Shown in pieces: positions 52,377 through 61,561 of a stretch of 64,000 nt of DNA. Made by a program: the position numbers and the translations under genes. The notes beneath the pieces were generated by a model, which made no database searches, was not told the origin of the DNA, and saw only the letters and a program-made list of their open reading frames with translations. Position 1 is the first letter of the stretch, and the number at the start of each line of letters is the position of its first letter. The stretch lies in NCBI GenBank assembly GCA_938029215.1, contig CALHFG010000018.1, positions 49,444-113,443 of the forward strand. Reading direction: 5' to 3'. This stretch comes from an uncultured Acidimicrobiales bacterium (lineage in GTDB: Bacteria; Actinomycetota; Acidimicrobiia; Acidimicrobiales; SZUA-35).

Positions 52377-54926
52377 GTGGCCTCCGACAGTTTGAGTCTT
52401 CTCGGTGAAGAACTCCGCCGATTGGCGTCGGTACCGGTCCTGTTGGTGGCCACCGACTACGACGGGACGCTAGCTCCGCTCGTCGACAACCCTTCCGACG
52501 CGGTAGCCAACACCGAATCGATCGCAGCGCTCCGGGCGCTCGGCCGAGCCGACGATTCCTACGCTGCTCTCATCTCGGGCCGGAGTCTCGAAGATCTTCG
52601 CACCGTTGCCCAAATGGACGATTCAATTCGGATGGTCGGCAGCCACGGAAGCGAGTTCGACGTCGGATTTGCCAGCTTGCTCGACCAGCAATCGTCAGAT
52701 CTGCGGAGCCAGCTGCTGGCGGCCTGTCATCAAATCGCAGCCGAAACAACGGGTCGTGTCGAAGAAAAGCCAGCCGGTTTGGCCTTCCACACACGTGGTT
52801 CAGACCCAACACAAAGCGCAGCCGCGCTCGATGCAATCACCGCCGGTCCCGCAACCTGGGACGGCGTCTTTCGCCGCGACGGTCACGACGTGGTCGAGCT
52901 CACTGTCACATCGACGCACAAGGGCGACGCTCTGGAACGAATCCGCGGTGAGGTCGGAGCAACCGCCGTCCTGTTCCTGGGCGATGACACAACCGACGAG
53001 GACGCCTTCCTCACCCTGCGCGGCCCGGACGTTGGCATTCGAGTGGGCGACGGCGAAACCGCTGCGGAATATCGGGTCGACTCACCCGACACGGTGGCAA
53101 GAATTCTGGCCCTGCTGTCGGAGCTCCGATCCGACTGGCTCACGGGTTCTGGGCTGCAACCAATCGAAGATCATTCGATTCTTTCGGACCAGCGAACCGC
53201 AGCAGTTCTCGACCAGAACGGCCGAATCGTCTGGATGTGCGTTCCCAGGATCGACTCGGGAGCGATCTTCGCTGAACTACTCGGCGGCGCGTCGGGCGGC
53301 AGCTTCGCCATCTGCCCTGCCGATGAGTCCCCGGCTACCGGTCAGCAATACCGCGCCGGTTCGATGATTCTCGAAACTCGATTCGACGACATCACGATCA
53401 CTGACTACATGGACGTGTCGGGCAAACGCACCGAAGAGTTCGCAGGCCAAAGCGACTTGATTCGAGTGGTCGAAGGAACCGGCGAAGCCGTCATCACATT
53501 CTCACCTCGACTCGACTTTGGCCGCATTCCCACGTCGTTGGAAGCCACCGATCAGGGCGTACGTATCCGGGGCTCGGTCGAGCCACTCAGCCTTCGCTGC
53601 AGCGGCGAAGGCTGGGCCGGTGTCGAGTGGTCCATCGTCGATGCGGGCCAGCACCAAACTGCGGTCGCAACGATCGACCTCATGCGGGGACCAGTCACCC
53701 TCGAACTACGATCCGGAACCGACTCGATGGCACCGCACCCCCGCCCCGAATTTGATCGCCAGTCCGACACGCACCGATTTTGGACTGACCGAAGCAATGG
53801 TCTGGAACGGACGAGCAAGTACCCAGAACTGGTTGAGCGCAGTGCGGTCACCCTCCAGGCACTCCAGCACGGCCCAACCGGCGCCATAGTTGCAGCTGCA
53901 ACCACAAGCCTTCCGGAGTACCTTGGCGGAATTCGGAACTGGGACATGCGGCACAGCCGCATTCGAGATGCCGCCGTGTCTTGCCTGGCCCTGCTGGAGC
54001 TTGGCTCCACCGTCGAAGCCCGCCGCTTTATCGACTGGCTCAAACGGGTCTTCGATGTCCGGCCCGAGACCGACCGCCTCTCCCCCATCTATCTGGTCAC
54101 CGGCCGCCATCTCCCTCCCGAAGCTGAGATCACGGGCCTGCCCGGCTACGGAGGGTCGCGCCCGGTCCGGGTGGGAAATGCGGCAGACATGCAGGTACAG
54201 CTAGATCTCTATGGCTTCCTCCTTCAGGTGGTCAACGCGATGAAGAACCGTGCCATGTCGCTGGACATCGATGACTGGCGGCTGGTTGAGAACCTGGTCG
54301 TGTCGGTAGCACACCGATGGACCGAACCAGACCACGGACTCTGGGAGAGCCGGACCCATCCCCGGCACTACGTGCACTCCAAGGTCTACTGCTGGCTAGC
54401 ACTCGACCGTGGCATACGGATCTCCAAGCAGTTCTGCGACCGGGTGCCCAGCACCTGGACCAACCTCCGAGCCGAGATCGCCGCCGACGTTCTCGACCAC
54501 GGCTGGAACGAAAATCTGCAGAGTTTCACCGCTGCCTACGACAGCGACGACCTCGATGTAGGAGCGCTGTCGGTGGGACTCAGCGGACTGCTCCCGCCCG
54601 ATGATCCGCGGTTTGTTGCCACGGTCGAAGCGGTCCGTCGTGAGCTGCTGACCGACGGGACGGTCTACAACTCCCACGCCGACGACGGTCTGCCAGGACG
54701 ACGCCACGGGGTGCACTTCGCCACGTCGTTGCTGATCGATGCGCTGACACTCGTCGGACGCGTCGACGAAGCCACCGCCCTACTCCATCAGCTCGCAAGC
54801 GATGCTGGCAGCACCGGACTCCTCAGCGCCCATATCGATCCCGCCGAGCGACGATCCCTCGGCAACATCCCCTCCGCCGCCGCCCACGCCGGCTTCATCC
54901 TCAACGCAGTGCACCTGAGCCGCTAG
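52377..54926 (+). CDS. fusion protein: trehalose-6-phosphate phosphatase (OtsB, HAD-IIB) plus a glycoside hydrolase family 15 (glucoamylase/trehalase-like) domain
   Basis: 849 aa. HAD motifs LLVATDYDGTLAP, LISGRS and FLGDDTTDEDAF. From about residue 260 the GH15 layout appears: IEDHSILSDQRTAAVLDQNGRIVWMCVPRIDSGAIFAELLG...GLWESR...AAHAGFI. Confidence 0.85.
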   Translation: MASDSLSLLGEELRRLASVPVLLVATDYDGTLAPLVDNPSDAVANTESIAALRALGRADDSYAALISGRSLEDLRTVAQMDDSIRMVGSHGSEFDVGFASLLDQQSSDLRSQLLAACHQIAAETTGRVEEKPAGLAFHTRGSDPTQSAAALDAITAGPATWDGVFRRDGHDVVELTVTSTHKGDALERIRGEVGATAVLFLGDDTTDEDAFLTLRGPDVGIRVGDGETAAEYRVDSPDTVARILALLSELRSDWLTGSGLQPIEDHSILSDQRTAAVLDQNGRIVWMCVPRIDSGAIFAELLGGASGGSFAICPADESPATGQQYRAGSMILETRFDDITITDYMDVSGKRTEEFAGQSDLIRVVEGTGEAVITFSPRLDFGRIPTSLEATDQGVRIRGSVEPLSLRCSGEGWAGVEWSIVDAGQHQTAVATIDLMRGPVTLELRSGTDSMAPHPRPEFDRQSDTHRFWTDRSNGLERTSKYPELVERSAVTLQALQHGPTGAIVAAATTSLPEYLGGIRNWDMRHSRIRDAAVSCLALLELGSTVEARRFIDWLKRVFDVRPETDRLSPIYLVTGRHLPPEAEITGLPGYGGSRPVRVGNAADMQVQLDLYGFLLQVVNAMKNRAMSLDIDDWRLVENLVVSVAHRWTEPDHGLWESRTHPRHYVHSKVYCWLALDRGIRISKQFCDRVPSTWTNLRAEIAADVLDHGWNENLQSFTAAYDSDDLDVGALSVGLSGLLPPDDPRFVATVEAVRRELLTDGTVYNSHADDGLPGRRHGVHFATSLLIDALTLVGRVDEATALLHQLASDAGSTGLLSAHIDPAERRSLGNIPSAAAHAGFILNAVHLSR

Positions 54927-54952
54927 CGCCAGCGGCGGCATCTTTGACCTAG

Positions 54953-55330
54953 TTAAAACAGTCTCCCCTGCGTGGACTCGTCACTGCCGGGTTCACTCCA
55001 CTGGTACTCACGCAGGCTGAGCTTGTCGTTGAAGAACACGATGCCTTCGGCTTCCAAGCGTCGACGTTGCTCGGGGGCTGATGGATAGCTGATCTTGCCT
55101 TGTGAATTGACAACCCGATGCCACGGCACATCGTCGGGGCAGGCGGCCATTGCAAGGCCGGCCCAGCGCGATGCCAGTGTTTTGTACTCTTCGTCGTCCG
55201 CACCTTCTGGCTGTCGGACGAGCTTGGCGAGCTGCCCGTAGGTTGCTACTCGCCCGTAGGGGATCTCGCGTGCTTGGGCCCAGATCTGCTGGAAGTACAG
55301 CTGCCGGTTGGGTGGAGGTGCGTAGTTCAT
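54953..55330 (-). CDS. alkyltransferase-like (ATL) protein: MGMT/Ogt DNA-binding domain with Trp replacing the active-site Cys
   Basis: IPYGRVATYGQLA...PDDVPWHRVVNSQGKISY. Ogt/Ada have PCHRV, while PWHRV is the ATL signature. Start trimmed to ATG 55330. Confidence 0.8.
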   Translation of the reverse strand: MNYAPPPNRQLYFQQIWAQAREIPYGRVATYGQLAKLVRQPEGADDEEYKTLASRWAGLAMAACPDDVPWHRVVNSQGKISYPSAPEQRRRLEAEGIVFFNDKLSLREYQWSEPGSDESTQGRLF

Positions 55331-55482
55331 GGGGCCCGTGAGACACCATAGTGTTGTCGACGCTCGGCAGACCGACGTCAACAAGGCGTCGGGGACATGA
55401 CATATCTCATGTGACAATCCTCATGTGTAAGTCATGATCAATTGGTCTAGGCCCGTTCTGGATCTGGCATCACGCTGGAGCC

Positions 55483-56409
55483 ATGAACAACTGCATTCGT
55501 CTTCGAGACCTACACAAGTCATTCGAGTCACCAGACGACGGTTCCGAAATTCAGGCCGTCGATGGAATCAACCTCGACATTCACACAGGAGAGATCGTTG
55601 CCCTGCTAGGCCCCAACGGCGCTGGCAAGACAACGACGCTAGACATGGTCCTGGGGTTCACGTCCCCAACATCGGGATCGATCTCCATCTTCGATCGGTC
55701 ACCCCGGGAAGCTGTCGCCGATGGCCGTATCGCCGCCGTACTTCAGGCCGGAGGGCTCCTACGAGATCTCACCGTTCAGGAAACCGTCACGCTCATCGCC
55801 TCCACCCACAACAACCCGATGAGCGTCGACGAGGCACTACACCGGTCCGGCCTTACCGAACTCGCTACGAGGCGGGTCCAGGCGTGCTCGGGTGGCGAAC
55901 AGCAGCGACTGCGGTTTGCCCTGGCCCTTCTTGGCGACCCGGACCTGTTGATCCTCGATGAGCCGACCACTGGAATGGACGTCGAGGCTCGACGAGCCTT
56001 TTGGGAAACCATGCAAACCGAGGTCCAGCGAGGCCGAACCGTCGTGTTTGCGACGCACTATCTACAGGAGGCGGAAGACTTCGCCCAGCGGACTGTGCTC
56101 ATGGCCAACGGACGGATCGTCGCCGACGGACCGACCGACGAGGTCCGGCGGCAAGCGTCGGGCAAGAGAGTCAAGGCCCGATTCTCCACCGAACGCCTGG
56201 CATCCGTCTCGGCAACCATCTCCCGATTCGACGGGGTCCGGAGCGTCAGTAGCGATCAACACGGCCTGATCATCGACACCACCGACTCCGACGGGCTCGC
56301 TCGCCTCATCCTTCAAGACCTGGAGGGGACCGACCTCGAAATCGAATCTGCCTCCCTCGAAAACGCCTTCGTCCAACTCACCAGCAACGAAATGGAACTA
56401 GCACGATGA
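55483..56409 (+). CDS. ABC transporter ATP-binding protein (ABC-2/DrrA-like)
   Basis: LLGPNGAGKTTTLDM, SGGEQQRLRFALAL, LILDEPTTGMD. Confidence 0.92.
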   Translation: MNNCIRLRDLHKSFESPDDGSEIQAVDGINLDIHTGEIVALLGPNGAGKTTTLDMVLGFTSPTSGSISIFDRSPREAVADGRIAAVLQAGGLLRDLTVQETVTLIASTHNNPMSVDEALHRSGLTELATRRVQACSGGEQQRLRFALALLGDPDLLILDEPTTGMDVEARRAFWETMQTEVQRGRTVVFATHYLQEAEDFAQRTVLMANGRIVADGPTDEVRRQASGKRVKARFSTERLASVSATISRFDGVRSVSSDQHGLIIDTTDSDGLARLILQDLEGTDLEIESASLENAFVQLTSNEMELAR

Positions 56410-57173
56410 ACTTCAACACCACCTACTACCAACTCGAACTACGACGCCTCCTGCGGGACCGTGTCACCATCTTCTTCACCGTGGCTCTACCGGCCCTCAT
56501 GTACTTCCTCTTCGGGGCCTCACCCGACTACGGATCCGAGCCCATACGTGACGGCAACGTCGCGATGTGGGTCATGATCGCCATGGCTGCCTACGGAGCG
56601 GTCAGCGCAACGACAGGGATCGGCGGATCAATCGCCATCGAACAAATGCAAGGCTGGACCCGCCAGCTGGGCCTCACGCCACTGCAGGAAAGCGACTTCA
56701 TCAAGGTCAAGGTTGCGACCGCTGTCACGGTCGCAGCCGCTCCGATATCGATCGTGTATGCCATCGGTTTCTTGACCGGCGCCGAAGCACCGATGTACGT
56801 CTGGGCAACGTCAGCCTTCCTTCTCATTCTAGGAGCGGCGACGTTTGCGCTCTATGGTCTGGGCTTTGGGTTGGCCTTTCGTTCCGAGGCCGCCGTGAGC
56901 GCAGCAGGAGGTTCGCTGGTCGTCATGTCATTCTTCGGAAACGTGTTCTTCCCGCTGACCGGCTGGCAGCTCACCATGGCGAAGTTCACCCCGCTCTATG
57001 GGTATGTGTCTCTGGCCCGCAGGACGCTCACCGGTGGGGCGACCATCGATCCCGAAACGAGTGAACTCATCGCCGAGCCGTTGTGGCAAACGCTCGCCAA
57101 CGTTGGGTTCTGGTCCTTCGCCTTCGCCGCCATCTGCATTGTGCTCGTGCGCAAGAGTCGGGTTCGTCAGTGA
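56406..57173 (+). CDS. ABC-2 type transporter permease
   Basis: 255 aa, 6 TM. ATGA overlap with the ATPase gene. Confidence 0.85.
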   Translation: MNFNTTYYQLELRRLLRDRVTIFFTVALPALMYFLFGASPDYGSEPIRDGNVAMWVMIAMAAYGAVSATTGIGGSIAIEQMQGWTRQLGLTPLQESDFIKVKVATAVTVAAAPISIVYAIGFLTGAEAPMYVWATSAFLLILGAATFALYGLGFGLAFRSEAAVSAAGGSLVVMSFFGNVFFPLTGWQLTMAKFTPLYGYVSLARRTLTGGATIDPETSELIAEPLWQTLANVGFWSFAFAAICIVLVRKSRVRQ

Positions 57174-58315
57174 GCGAGAGCGCTCTAAAGCAGGAGGGCT
57201 TCTGGATGGCAAACATCTGGTTGCTCTTTCTGCTTTTTCCGATCCTCACTGTTGTCGACGACGAGTCCCTCGCCATCGGGACGAGAGTGGCGACGATCGG
57301 CCTACTGCTGTTGTTTGCCGCATTTCACATTAAGGGCTATCTGGTACTGGTCCAGCGAGAGCTCGGCGAGGTGCGTGAGCCGAATCGGTCGCCACTCGGC
57401 TCGTTCGTCGATCCCCTTGGAAGCAAACTTTGGTTCGTCGGACTGCTGATCACTGCGGTGACGGCCTTTGCTCTTGCCGCCTGGGCAATCCTCGGCGTGC
57501 TCCCTTTCATCATCTCGTTCGCAATGTTCCACTTCTCCTGGCCCACGGCGATCACCACCTTCCTCGCCTCGCTGACGGTGTCCATACTTGGCCCGCTGTC
57601 AGCTGGTCGACTGAATGACTTTTGGTTCTTTGCCATCATCGTGGTCAGCGCCGGTGGGGCCATGATGTTGACCCGGCTCAATTTGGAACAGCAGGAGCGA
57701 AGCTCACTTCTTCGAACCGAACTGATCGTGAGCAACGAACGAGAACGCGTGGCCCGCGATGTTCACGATGTACTGGGACACTCGCTCACCGCAATCATCT
57801 TGAAAACCCAGGTGGTGGAGCAGATCCTCTCGGCGCCGGAACCGACGGGGGCCGCAATCGATGAGGCACGACGCCAACTTGCCGAAATGCAGGACGTCAG
57901 CCGGGGCGCTCTGGCTGAGATTCGCACCACGGTCGGCGGTCTGCGGGCAACCACGCTCTCGAACGAACTTGCGGCCGCTCGTGCGGTGCTAGCCGACGCT
58001 GATGTCACCCTCACCGTCCAAGGCGACATCAACAGTGTGCCTCACGGCGACACCCTGGGTTGGGTGGTACGGGAGGCGGTCACCAATATCGTCCGACACG
58101 CCAGAGCGGACACCTGTCATATTCGGCTGGCCGATGAGGGCACCCTGCTCGAGATATCCGACGACGGCCGCGGACGGCAGAACGGCGCCGAAGGAAACGG
58201 AATCCGCGGAGTGCGCGAACGTATGGCATCTTCAGGGCTTGCGCTGCATGTGGAGGACGGGCCCGAACGTGGCACGCTGCTTCGGGTGACCAGGGCAGAT
58301 GGGACAGACCGATGA
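57170..58315 (+). CDS. membrane sensor histidine kinase (HisKA_3, DesK/LiaS-like)
   Basis: About 5 TM, then RERVARDVHDVLGHSL, REAVTNIVRHA, DDGRG and GNGIRGVRERM. The start is GTG 57170 (GTGA overlap) or ATG 57206, which follows AGGAGG. Confidence 0.85.
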   Translation: MSESALKQEGFWMANIWLLFLLFPILTVVDDESLAIGTRVATIGLLLLFAAFHIKGYLVLVQRELGEVREPNRSPLGSFVDPLGSKLWFVGLLITAVTAFALAAWAILGVLPFIISFAMFHFSWPTAITTFLASLTVSILGPLSAGRLNDFWFFAIIVVSAGGAMMLTRLNLEQQERSSLLRTELIVSNERERVARDVHDVLGHSLTAIILKTQVVEQILSAPEPTGAAIDEARRQLAEMQDVSRGALAEIRTTVGGLRATTLSNELAAARAVLADADVTLTVQGDINSVPHGDTLGWVVREAVTNIVRHARADTCHIRLADEGTLLEISDDGRGRQNGAEGNGIRGVRERMASSGLALHVEDGPERGTLLRVTRADGTDR

Positions 58316-58923
58316 CAGCGATCCGAGTTCTCCTGGCTGATGATCAAGCTCTCGTGCGTGGCGCCCTGGCCGCCCTGCTTAACCTCGAGCCCGATATCGA
58401 GGTGGTCGCCGAACTGAGCCGGGGAGATGAGGTACTCGACGAGATTCGAGCGACACCCGTGGATGTGGCGTTGCTCGATGTCGAGATGCCTGGCCTGGAC
58501 GGCATCGCTGTCACTGAACTTCTACGCGATAACGCACCAGGAGTACGATCGCTGATCGTCACCACCTTCGGCCGGCCAGGCTTTCTCCGGCGGGCACTGG
58601 ATGCGGGGGCCTCAGGGTTTGTTGTCAAGGACACGCCGGCCTCCGAACTCGCTGACGCCGTTCGACGGGTACACCAGGGCTTGCGGGTCGTTGACCCCGA
58701 ACTTGCAACGGAATCGCTGATCGAGGGAATGAACCCGCTGAGCGACCGGGAACGCGAGGCTCTCCAATTCGCTCTGAAGGGCGATCCCGTTGCCGATATC
58801 GCCAAGAAGATGAGTCTCTCGGTGGGCACGGTTCGAAACTACCTCTCGACCGCCGCCGGCAAGACGGGCACATCTTCCAGCCATCAGGCAGCTGTCGTGG
58901 CCCGTGATCGAGGGTGGCTCTAA
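58312..58923 (+). CDS. NarL/LuxR family response regulator
   Basis: 203 aa. VLLADDQALVR...DVALLDVEMPGLDG. HTH is IAKKMSLSVGTVRNYLS. Confidence 0.92.
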   Translation: MTAIRVLLADDQALVRGALAALLNLEPDIEVVAELSRGDEVLDEIRATPVDVALLDVEMPGLDGIAVTELLRDNAPGVRSLIVTTFGRPGFLRRALDAGASGFVVKDTPASELADAVRRVHQGLRVVDPELATESLIEGMNPLSDREREALQFALKGDPVADIAKKMSLSVGTVRNYLSTAAGKTGTSSSHQAAVVARDRGWL

Positions 58924-58942
58924 CGCCATGAGCCGGTTGGAA

Positions 58943-60898
58943 TCAACCGAGCTTCTCTAAGGCCTGCTCCCACTCGAGCATCGCTCGCTGCAGACGCCGC
59001 TCTAGCGTGTCGTTCTGGTCGATGAGCTGATGCATCTTTTCGTTGTCTGCGTACACCTCGGGGTCGGCCAGTTTGGTTTGAACCGCGCCAAGTTCGGCTT
59101 CAAGCTTTTGCACCGATGCTTCAAGCTTGCTGACCTTCTTCTGAAGCTGCCGTTGCTCGTTGCCCGACATCCCCGATTGCTTTGGTTTGGGTTTGGCAGG
59201 TTCGGCTGGCTTCGCCTTGGCGCTCTTCGTGTGCTGGGTAGCGGCTTGCTTTTTGGTGTCGGCCGTTTTGGACGACACCTTCTTGATCGCTCCGGCCTTG
59301 CGGCTGAAAAGGTGCTCCTCGACCTCGTCGTAGAAAACGGCTTTTCCATCGCGAACCTCGAGCACCTGCTCGGCAACATTGCGAATGAGGTGTCGATCAT
59401 GGCTCACCAGCAACACGGTTCCCGGATAGACGCGTAGCGCATCTTCGAGCACGTCGCAGCTGGGCAGATCCAGATGGTTGGTGGGCTCGTCCAAGATCAG
59501 CAGGTTCACCGGGTTACACATCGTTTCGGCCAGCGCCAGACGAGTACGTTCACCACCGGACAGTTGGGAAACCCTTCGTTCAACGGCATCGCCGCGAAAG
59601 CCGAACGACCCAAGCACGCTACGAACGTTCCGCTTGGCATCAAGGCTCTCCCCTACCGCCATTCGAAACTCCTTCTCAACCGTGAAATCGAGGTTGAGGG
59701 CGTCAACCTGGTGCTGGGCGAAATAGGAGTAGTCAACGTTGGTGCCCAGCGTGATTTGACCGCTTCTTGGTTGGAGTTGGCCGAGGATCGCTTTGAGGAT
59801 CGTCGACTTTCCCGCGCCATTCGGTCCGATCAGGGCAAGCTTCTGGCCCCGTTCGACGACGATATTGACTTCGCTCACCACGGATGGTTCGTCGTCGTAG
59901 CCAAAGTCCCCGTCCTCAATCTCGACGACCACTCGGGAAGACCGCCGTGGTTCGGGGTAGGAGAACCGCAGTTTGAGGTCCGAATCCTTGGGGACCTCGA
60001 TCTCCTCCAGCTTCTCCAACGCCTTGATTCGACTTTGCACCTGCCGTGCTTTGGTGGCCTTGTAGCGGAACCGTTCGATGAACTTCTCGGCGTGGGCCCG
60101 CTGACGAGCCTGGTTTGCGGCCCGGGCCTCGATTTGGGCGAGACGTTCCTCACGCTGAACGATGAATTCGATGAAGCCACCTACGTACTCGGTTGCGGTT
60201 CCCCACGCGACCTCAACAACACGTTCAGCTACCGCGTCGATGAAGTCACGGTCATGGCTGACAAACAGCAGCGAGCCGGGAAAGGCGTTGAGCTGATCTT
60301 CGAGCCACCCAACACTGTCGACATCGAGGTGATTAGTGGGCTCGTCCAACACCAAGACGTCAGGCTTTTGCAGCAGGAGCCGCGCCAAGGCGGCACGCAT
60401 CTGCCAGCCACCCGAGAGCTCCTGAAGCGGCCGATCCATGGCCTGGGTCGTGAAACCGAGTCCACCCAGAATTCGCCGTGCTTCGGCTTCGATTTGGTAG
60501 CCGCCCATTTGCTCGAACCGGCTCTGCAACGCTCCAAAGCGTTCCAGGCGAGCGTCGTAGTCGGGGTGATCGAACTCACCAAGCTGGGCTCCAACCTCGT
60601 TGATCTCTTCTTCCATCTGCCGGAGATGGTTCGCCCCTCCGAGGACCTCATCCAGCACGGTTCCGGTCCATGACTCGGTGAGTTCCTGGGGCAGGTAGCC
60701 AATCACATAGTCGCTGGGTTTGGACACGATGCCTGCGTCGGCTTCCTGTACCCCAACGATGATTTCCATCATGGTCGTCTTGCCAGCGCCGTTTCCGCCG
60801 ATCAGCGCAATACGTCGACCTGGCCGGAGCTCGAACGTCACGTTGTCGAAAAGGAGCCTGTTCCCGTGTTCCTTCTTCAGTCCAGACACGGTGAGCAC
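58943..60898 (-). CDS. ABC-F family ATPase (two NBDs, basic/coiled-coil C-terminus)
   Basis: 651 aa. GGNGAGKTT and GPNGAGKST, two LSGG signatures, and a C-terminal KPKQSG...coiled coil. Confidence 0.92.
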   Translation of the reverse strand: MLTVSGLKKEHGNRLLFDNVTFELRPGRRIALIGGNGAGKTTMMEIIVGVQEADAGIVSKPSDYVIGYLPQELTESWTGTVLDEVLGGANHLRQMEEEINEVGAQLGEFDHPDYDARLERFGALQSRFEQMGGYQIEAEARRILGGLGFTTQAMDRPLQELSGGWQMRAALARLLLQKPDVLVLDEPTNHLDVDSVGWLEDQLNAFPGSLLFVSHDRDFIDAVAERVVEVAWGTATEYVGGFIEFIVQREERLAQIEARAANQARQRAHAEKFIERFRYKATKARQVQSRIKALEKLEEIEVPKDSDLKLRFSYPEPRRSSRVVVEIEDGDFGYDDEPSVVSEVNIVVERGQKLALIGPNGAGKSTILKAILGQLQPRSGQITLGTNVDYSYFAQHQVDALNLDFTVEKEFRMAVGESLDAKRNVRSVLGSFGFRGDAVERRVSQLSGGERTRLALAETMCNPVNLLILDEPTNHLDLPSCDVLEDALRVYPGTVLLVSHDRHLIRNVAEQVLEVRDGKAVFYDEVEEHLFSRKAGAIKKVSSKTADTKKQAATQHTKSAKAKPAEPAKPKPKQSGMSGNEQRQLQKKVSKLEASVQKLEAELGAVQTKLADPEVYADNEKMHQLIDQNDTLERRLQRAMLEWEQALEKLG

Positions 60899-60958
60899 TA
60901 ACCAATTCTACCCCGTACCTGGCCCCGGCCAGCCGACTTAGGTGGGTAGTGTGGGCCC

Positions 60959-61561
60959 GTGGAGCAGCTCCCCATCAGCGTGAAGAAACTTTGGCGTGTC
61001 GGCGGCATATTCACCGGTTTCGTGCTGGGCCTTATTCCGGCGGCCGTCGTTGTGACCGGAGTCGTGGCATTCGACTGGTCTCGTTCGCTTTTTGCACTGG
61101 CTGCGGTACCCGTTGTGGCGGCCATGGCGGTGGGGTTCTGGTGGGCGGGCGTGAAGTTTCGCAACTGGGGCTGGCAGATCAGCGACCGATGGATCGAAGC
61201 AAAGCACGGTGTCTTGGGCCATCACCGAGTCGTCATCCCTCGCAACCGAGTACAAACAGTCACGACCAACAGCGGTCCGATCGACCGGATGCTCGACCTC
61301 GAAACGATCACGGTGCACACCGCAGGCGCCGGTGCGCCGAACCTCACCATTCCCCACCTCGCCACGGCAACGGTGTCTACGATTCGCCGAGAACTGGGCC
61401 AGGGCGTGAACGAGCCCAGTTCCGAACCGGCTCCCATCACGGTCGCCCCCGCCGTCGAGCCCGCCTTGTCGGTGCCGCCAGCAACCGACGCGCTGCCTCG
61501 CGAACCGAACATGCCGCCACCCGCGGCTCCGCCTCCAATGCCTGGGCCCGCCGGTGAGTGA
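60959..61561 (+). CDS. YdbS-like membrane bPH_2 (bacterial PH) domain protein
   Basis: 200 aa. Two TM, then WIEAKHGVLGHHRVVIPRNRVQTVTTNSGPIDRMLDLETITVHTAG, followed by a Pro-rich tail. Confidence 0.75.
   Translation: MEQLPISVKKLWRVGGIFTGFVLGLIPAAVVVTGVVAFDWSRSLFALAAVPVVAAMAVGFWWAGVKFRNWGWQISDRWIEAKHGVLGHHRVVIPRNRVQTVTTNSGPIDRMLDLETITVHTAGAGAPNLTIPHLATATVSTIRRELGQGVNEPSSEPAPITVAPAVEPALSVPPATDALPREPNMPPPAAPPPMPGPAGE

Noticed and set aside
59474-60673. 399-aa plus-strand ORF
   Set aside because: It is antisense to the ABC-F ATPase gene, whose Walker and signature motifs are clear. Shadow ORF.
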